Positions 58,922 through 64,000 of a stretch of DNA of 64,000 nt are shown piece after piece; the first letter of the stretch is position 1, and each line of letters opens with the position of its first letter. The stretch covers positions 7,183 through 71,182 of the forward strand of contig JAITFE010000035.1 in NCBI GenBank assembly GCA_031281585.1, given 5' to 3'. This DNA is from Bifidobacteriaceae bacterium. GTDB taxonomy: Bacteria; Actinomycetota; Actinomycetes; Actinomycetales; WQXJ01. Made by a program: the position numbers and the translations under genes. The notes under the pieces were generated by a model. It ran no database searches. It saw nothing but the letters and a program-made list of their open reading frames with translations, and was not told where the DNA came from.

Positions 58922-60076
58922 ATGTTCCGGCCGTTGGAAGGCACTCCAGTCAACAAGAACCTCGCCCGCATCTACACCGTCAATGGCGCCTACTCGCTGG
59001 GGTTAGCGATAGCGGGCGTCATGCTCACCTTCATGGCATTGGAACGCGAGTTGCAACTTGGGTCGATCGCGCTGCTTAGCTCGTTATCGGCGGTCACCCA
59101 AATGGGCGCCAGGCTGCCGCTGGGCTGGGCATTGAGGTACATCACCGACAAGACCGTCATGTTGGCGGCTCTCGCCACTCTGGCGGCGTCCATGGCCGCG
59201 GCCCTCGCCTTGCCGGGGCTGGCCGGGCTCGCCGTGGCCCAGCTGCTCCAGGGCACGTCGCGGGCGGGCTTCTGGTCGGCCTCGCAAACCCATGTCATCA
59301 GGAGTTCGCCCAACCCCGTCAAGTCGCTTTCCCGGTCCACTTTCATCACGTCTTCCTGCTCCATAGCCGGCCCGTTCCTCGCGGGCTGGCTGGCGCAATT
59401 CAACGTGGCCCTCGCGGCCTGGGCAACCATAGGCGTGGCCCTGGCGGGACTCGCCGCGGCCGCGCTGCTGCGCCGGTTGCCTGTGTTTTCCCCGCCCGCG
59501 ACCGGCGGCGATGGCAAAGTCCGCCACCGGCCGGGCGTGGTGGCCGCTTCGGCCGGTTCCCTGGTCGGGGGCGCATGGCATGTCACGCTGACCACCTTCG
59601 CCCCGGTGGTGCTGGCCGGGGCAGGCTGGACGGAGGCCCAGATCGGCGGCGCCGTCAGCGGCGCAAACGCCTCTCTGCTGATCGGCACCATCGCTTGCGC
59701 CCATCTGCGGAGCCAGCATTTCCTGGCCGGCCTCACCGGGGGCGCGTGCCTGAGCGCGCTCGGAATCGCGTGCCTGGGTTTGGCGGACCTGGCGCCGGGC
59801 GCGGCCGTCGCGGTGCTCATCGCCTCGGGCGCGGGAACCGGCTTCTTGTTGGCGCTCGGCCCGGCCATCGCCTCGGTCTCCGTCCACCCCGAGGAACGGG
59901 GGGCGGCGGTCGTGGTGACCGGCTCCTACCGGGCGGGAGCCCTCTTGGCGGTGCCGTTGGCCGTGTCAGGCGCCATAACGGTGCTCCCCGCGACCCTGAC
60001 GCTGGGGATTCTGGGCGTTCTGGTGGGCCTCCCGTCTGTGTCGGTGGCCGCGAAGGCCTGGCTCCGAGCCCGCTGA
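58922..60076 (+). CDS. MFS transporter
   Basis: About 12 hydrophobic helices over 384 aa. The ATG is at 58922. Confidence 0.78.
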   Translation: MFRPLEGTPVNKNLARIYTVNGAYSLGLAIAGVMLTFMALERELQLGSIALLSSLSAVTQMGARLPLGWALRYITDKTVMLAALATLAASMAAALALPGLAGLAVAQLLQGTSRAGFWSASQTHVIRSSPNPVKSLSRSTFITSSCSIAGPFLAGWLAQFNVALAAWATIGVALAGLAAAALLRRLPVFSPPATGGDGKVRHRPGVVAASAGSLVGGAWHVTLTTFAPVVLAGAGWTEAQIGGAVSGANASLLIGTIACAHLRSQHFLAGLTGGACLSALGIACLGLADLAPGAAVAVLIASGAGTGFLLALGPAIASVSVHPEERGAAVVVTGSYRAGALLAVPLAVSGAITVLPATLTLGILGVLVGLPSVSVAAKAWLRAR

Positions 60077-60105
60077 GGGCCGGTCTCCCCGGCGCGGGCC
60101 GGGGC

Positions 60106-60780
60106 TCATTGGGTTCCGGCGTGCGTGTGGGCCACCCGCCACATGGCGATCCGCACGTCCCGCACCGCCAGCGCCTGCCGTTCCGCCGTGGCCGCCGCCG
60201 CGTCCGCGTCGCGCGCCTCGATCGCGCCCAGAATTTCTTCGAAGTACGTTTGGGTCTTGCCCCACTGGCCGTCTTGGCTGAGCGAAGAGCGCCCCCCGAA
60301 CCGTCCGTGCTGCCGCCCGATCCGCTCCAGGATTTCCATCAGGGAACGGTTGTGGGCCGCCCGCCACAGCGCCAAAGCGAATTCGTGCGAAAGCGCGATG
60401 AGTTGCTGCACGTCCGCGTCCGGCGGCGTGGCCCGGGCGTCATCCGCCAAACCGTGCAAGACGGCCAGGTCCAGGTCGGTGCGCCGGCCTGCGGCCAAGC
60501 GGGCGTTGGCGGCCTCCAGGATGGCGTTCGTCTCATACATCTCGTAGATCTCGTCCTGCGTCGGGTCGGACACCCGCCAGACGCGATCCGCGTTCACAAT
60601 CACGCGTTCCGACTCCAGACGCTGTATCGCCTCCCGCACCGGGGTGCGGCTGACACCGCAGTACTCGGCCAGTTGAGTCTCCGAAAGCGCTTGGCCGGGG
60701 GCGAAATCGCCGCTCGCGATGCCCCGGATGATCTGCTCGTACGCCGTCGCGCCCTGGCGCTGAACTGCTTTCACGATCAT
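60106..60780 (-). CDS. GntR family regulator (FadR/FCD subfamily)
   Basis: The HTH is LSETQLAEYCGVSRTPVREAIQRLESERVI and a helical FCD domain follows. The ATG at 60780 follows GAGGAG. Confidence 0.85.
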   Translation of the reverse strand: MIVKAVQRQGATAYEQIIRGIASGDFAPGQALSETQLAEYCGVSRTPVREAIQRLESERVIVNADRVWRVSDPTQDEIYEMYETNAILEAANARLAAGRRTDLDLAVLHGLADDARATPPDADVQQLIALSHEFALALWRAAHNRSLMEILERIGRQHGRFGGRSSLSQDGQWGKTQTYFEEILGAIEARDADAAAATAERQALAVRDVRIAMWRVAHTHAGTQ

Positions 60781-60929
60781 CTCCTCGGGCCTGGCCGGCG
60801 GTTGGCGGGAAGCGGGGCGGAGCGCCCGCACCAATGCTAATCTCTCCGGCTTGGACCCGTGTCCGGGCGTGTTCGCCTACGCCAGCGAACGGCATCGGGC
60901 AAAACGTTGGCCGATGCCGTTCGGTCCCG

Positions 60930-61625
60930 TCAGGCGGCCCGTCTCGCCAAACGCTCTATGTCCAGCAGGTAGACGCTGCGACCCTCAAGCCTGATCCAAC
61001 TGCGGGCGATGAACTCCGCCAGGGCCTTGTTGACGGTCTCCCGCGAGGCCCCCACAAGGTGGGCCAACTCTTCCTGGGTCAGGCCGTGGGTGACGTGGAC
61101 GCCCTCGGCGGTGTTCTCGCCGAAACGGTCCGCCAGGTCAAGCAACGCTTTCGCGACCCGGCCGGGGACGTCCGCGAAAATCAAATCGGTGACGGCCTCG
61201 TTGGTGCGGCGCAGGCGGTGCGCCAACTCTTGGAGCAGATGCTTGGACGCCGCCGGATTCTGGTCGAGCCATTCGCCAATGGCGGCGTGGCTCAACTCCA
61301 GCAGTTCGCTGTCCGTCACGGCGGTGGCCGTCGCCGTCCTGGGACCCGGGTCGAACAGAGTCAGTTCGCCTATGAACTCGCCTTTGCCGAGGACCGCGAG
61401 CAGATTCTCGCGGCCGTCCGGGGAGGTGCGGCCAAGTTTGATCATGCCGGACTGGATCAAGTACAGGCGGTCGCCCTCGTCCCCCTCCCAGAACAGCGCT
61501 TTGCCCCGCTCAAGGCGGCGGCCCACCATCACGTCCAGCAGGTGGCGGGCTTGCTCATGGTCAATCCCGGCGAACAGGCCGGAGGCGGAGATAATGCTCT
61601 CGGGATTGTCTTGACTGGCATTCAT
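60930..61625 (-). CDS. crp: Crp/Fnr family cAMP-receptor-like transcriptional regulator
   Basis: The cNMP-binding domain contains FWEGDEGDRLYLIQSGMIKL...GELTLFD. The C-terminal HTH is LTQEELAHLVGASRETVNKAL. It lies next to nth, as in mycobacteria. Confidence 0.9.
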   Translation of the reverse strand: MNASQDNPESIISASGLFAGIDHEQARHLLDVMVGRRLERGKALFWEGDEGDRLYLIQSGMIKLGRTSPDGRENLLAVLGKGEFIGELTLFDPGPRTATATAVTDSELLELSHAAIGEWLDQNPAASKHLLQELAHRLRRTNEAVTDLIFADVPGRVAKALLDLADRFGENTAEGVHVTHGLTQEELAHLVGASRETVNKALAEFIARSWIRLEGRSVYLLDIERLARRAA

Positions 61626-61781
61626 TGGGCACCTCATCTCAATGCGGCTGCGGGTGGCTGCCAACGACAGGCGATTCCGCAAGTCTAACCAACCGCGGCC
61701 CGGCCGCTGGAACGCCGCTCACCCAGTCAAAGAAGACGGCGCCTTTTTGGGGCCTGGAAACAGGGCAGCTCCGCTGCTTTG

Positions 61782-62453
61782 TCACTGTTCGGCGGAGGGG
61801 CAGAGGGCGGCGAGTTTGCAGTGGCCGCAGTCGGGGCGGCGGGCGTGGCAGACGCGGCGGCCCAGGTAGATGAGGCGGTTGCTGAGGTCGGTCCACTGCT
61901 CGGGTGGGAACAACTCGGCGATGTCGGCTTCGGCTTTGGCGGCGTCTTTGCTCTGGGTCCAGCCGAGGCGCCGGGCCAGCCGGCCCACGTGCGTGTCCAC
62001 GGTGATGCCGGGAACGCCGAAGGCGTTTCCCAGGACCACGTTGGCGGTTTTGCGGCCCACGCCGGGCAGCGAGGTCAACTCCGCCAGCGTGGCGGGCACG
62101 GCTCCGCCGAACCGGCTGGTCAACGCCTCGCCGATTCCTTTCAGCGCCGCTGCCTTGGCCCTGTGCAGGCCGACCGGCCGGATGATGGCTTCGAGTTGGT
62201 CGAGTTCGGCGGCGGCGTAGGCGGCCGCGTCCGGATAGGCCGCGAACAGGGCGGGTGTGACCTGGTTGACCCGTTTGTCGGTGGACTGGGCGGACAGCAC
62301 GGTGGCGACCAGCAGTTCCAGCGGCGAGCGGAAATCCAGTTCCGGGCGCGCCTCCGGGAAAAGCTCCGCCAGGACCTCGCCCGCCAACCGGGCCTGGCGC
62401 CGGGTGGCGATCCCGCCCGGCGGATTTGCGGCACTGGCGTTGGCGGCGCTCAT
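61782..62453 (-). CDS. nth: Endonuclease III
   Basis: The HhH motif [17 protein letters not shown] and the 4Fe-4S cluster C-x6-C-x2-C-x5-C ([17 protein letters not shown]) are present. The ATG is at 62453. Confidence 0.93.
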   Translation of the reverse strand: MSAANASAANPPGGIATRRQARLAGEVLAELFPEARPELDFRSPLELLVATVLSAQSTDKRVNQVTPALFAAYPDAAAYAAAELDQLEAIIRPVGLHRAKAAALKGIGEALTSRFGGAVPATLAELTSLPGVGRKTANVVLGNAFGVPGITVDTHVGRLARRLGWTQSKDAAKAEADIAELFPPEQWTDLSNRLIYLGRRVCHARRPDCGHCKLAALCPSAEQ

Positions 62454-62560
62454 GCCCCCAACCTTAAGGCACGGCGGCGGTCCGCCAGCGTGGCCCGTCA
62501 GCGCTCGCGTCCTGCTGCGCCTGCGGTCTGCGGCTGCGCCGGCCGGGGGGCTTCCTGCGT

Positions 62561-63499
62561 CTACGGCAGCAGCCGGTGTTCCGCCAGCCAGCCGAGGATC
62601 AATCCGCCGACCAATTCCCCGTCCTCCTCCATTGGCAAGTGGCCAACGCCGGTGAGCAACTCGAAACGGTAGTTCTGGCCGCCCAGGTCCCCCGCCCGCA
62701 CCACCTGCCAGCGCAGCACCGGATCTAGGTCGGATTGAAGCTGCAGGACCGGAACCGGCGCGGGAACGCGAGCCGACCGCACGAACCGGGCGTGCGCGGC
62801 GTTCAGCAGCGGCCGGGTGGCCCACCGCATGATCTGGGCGGCCTTATCCGGCGCGAACGGCACGCGCATCGCCTCGGCGTAATGGCCCACGGCGGCCGCG
62901 TCCATGGCCGACGGGTCTAGCACCCAGGTTCCAAGCAGCGCGGACATGAAAGCCGTGTCAGGCAAGAGCCGGCCCGCCAGGCGGGGCGACCGCAAGGCGC
63001 CAATTTGGCCGACGGCCCGCGGCGAAACCAGAAGCTGCCGTTTTGGCCGCAGGCTGCCCGGATGGAAGGTGGCGATCGCCACAATGGCGTCCAGCGCCCC
63101 AGGCGCTCGGCTGGCCATGGTCCAGGCCACCTGCCCGCCTATCCCGCTGCCCACCACCACCGCCGACCGGCGGCCGAGCGCGGTGATGACCCCCGCCACG
63201 TCCGCCGCCAGCATGGGCAGCGAGTAGCCCTCCGGTGGTTTGTCGCTGGCCCCGCAGCCGCGCAGGTCAACGGCGGCCGCCCGGTACCCGGCCGCGCCCA
63301 AGTCTGTCAGCAGGTCGCGGGTGGCCCACCAATGCTGCGGCAGGCCGTGCAGCAGAACAACCAGGCGGCCGTCCTCCGGGCCTGTGGTGGCGACGTGGAA
63401 ACGCAGGCCGCGCGCCGCGACAAAGCGGTGCGACCAGGGGCCCTCGATCAGCGCGGCCGAGAAGTCGGCTGGCGCGGAACGGCGTTTGAACAGGGCCAA
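62561..63499 (-). CDS. Alpha/beta hydrolase (epoxide-hydrolase-like fold)
   Basis: The HGLPQHWW oxyanion region and DLRGCGASD are present. The nucleophile position reads VVGSGIGG, which is atypical. The TTG start directly follows the upstream TAA stop. Confidence 0.8.
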   Translation of the reverse strand: MALFKRRSAPADFSAALIEGPWSHRFVAARGLRFHVATTGPEDGRLVVLLHGLPQHWWATRDLLTDLGAAGYRAAAVDLRGCGASDKPPEGYSLPMLAADVAGVITALGRRSAVVVGSGIGGQVAWTMASRAPGALDAIVAIATFHPGSLRPKRQLLVSPRAVGQIGALRSPRLAGRLLPDTAFMSALLGTWVLDPSAMDAAAVGHYAEAMRVPFAPDKAAQIMRWATRPLLNAAHARFVRSARVPAPVPVLQLQSDLDPVLRWQVVRAGDLGGQNYRFELLTGVGHLPMEEDGELVGGLILGWLAEHRLLP

Positions 63500-63961
63500 T
63501 TAGGCCTCCGTCGCTCCCGTTGGCGGTTTCGCAGAAGGCTCGGTTGCCCATGTGGGCCGTGCCGTCCCGTCGACATTCCCGCCCGGTTCGCCTTTGAGCG
63601 TGCCCAGCGAGTCCTTGATCATGCTGGTTGTGGCGCCAATCGAGGCTGCGGCCTTCTTAAGCAGGGCCCGTCCGGCCACCGCCAGGCCGGCGGCGACGAC
63701 CAGCGCCACGCCCGCGGTGATCAGGTAGGCCGCCCACGGCCAGATCCCAAGGGCGATCAGGCCCCAGACGAATGCCAGGACCAGCAGCGGCACCAGCGCG
63801 GCTATGGCGACCAGGGCGGCGACCAGCAGGGCCAGCCCCATGCCCAGGCGCGTGCCGTCCTTGGACAATTGGGCCTTGGCCAGTTCGACGGTGGTGCGGT
63901 AAAGGGCGCCGATCTGACTGAGCGCCTCGGCGATGGCGACGCCGAGCTTGTTCTTGGCCAT
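63500..63961 (-). CDS. Holin-X / DUF1469-like small membrane protein
   Basis: An N-terminal amphipathic region is followed by two TM helices (LALLVAALVAIAALVPLLVLAFVWGLIAL; AAYLITAGVALVVAAGLAVA). The ATG is at 63961. Confidence 0.55.
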   Translation of the reverse strand: MAKNKLGVAIAEALSQIGALYRTTVELAKAQLSKDGTRLGMGLALLVAALVAIAALVPLLVLAFVWGLIALGIWPWAAYLITAGVALVVAAGLAVAGRALLKKAAASIGATTSMIKDSLGTLKGEPGGNVDGTARPTWATEPSAKPPTGATEA

Positions 63962-64000
63962 TGTCAACCCCAATCTTGTGCCTCCCGGCGCGCTCCGCCG

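Overview
This is a high-GC chromosomal segment that looks actinobacterial. The evidence is F420 genes (fgd-like, cofE), Crp-Nth synteny, an icl/aceB/ramB-like glyoxylate-shunt locus, ald with a divergent Lrp/AsnC regulator, and frequent GTG/TTG starts with 4-nt ATGA/GTGA overlaps. About 58 protein genes and one tRNA-Arg(ACG) can be supported. Most of the window is core metabolism and transport: OYE reductase, CopZ/CopA, PurB, HisC-like, Dcd, AceB, Icl, Ald, Nth, Crp, several ABC systems and several luciferase-like (LLM) oxidoreductases.

The most interesting stretch is about 10.4-19.5 kb. It ends at the 3' end of the tRNA-Arg gene and looks lower in GC by eye (not computed). It carries a TacA/TacT-type (DUF1778/GNAT) toxin-antitoxin pair, a truncated MFS fragment, and three same-strand genes:
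- a membrane-anchored pentapeptide-repeat protein;
- a PGAP1/LCAT-like alpha/beta hydrolase;
- a 1177-aa protein with an N-terminal transglutaminase-like Cys-His-Asp domain, a P-loop STAND-type NTPase and a long helical C-terminus.

I read this as a candidate NTPase-based conflict or defence module. I cannot match it to a named system from memory. This is inference, not a database result.

Other non-genic structure:
- a 93-bp tandem repeat (about 3.8 copies) with conserved hairpins, GATC clusters and variable loops (27087-27440);
- a dispersed 26-nt GGTACC-core palindromic element at three convergent gene ends (761, 22011, 43337);
- nine or ten 21-nt (heptad-coding) tandem repeats at the 5' end of a siderophore-type binding-protein gene (37861-38049);
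- several low-complexity Pro/Ala-rich extensions.

Many long ORFs in the track are high-GC shadow frames and were rejected. All start codons are predictions. No computation or database search was run.
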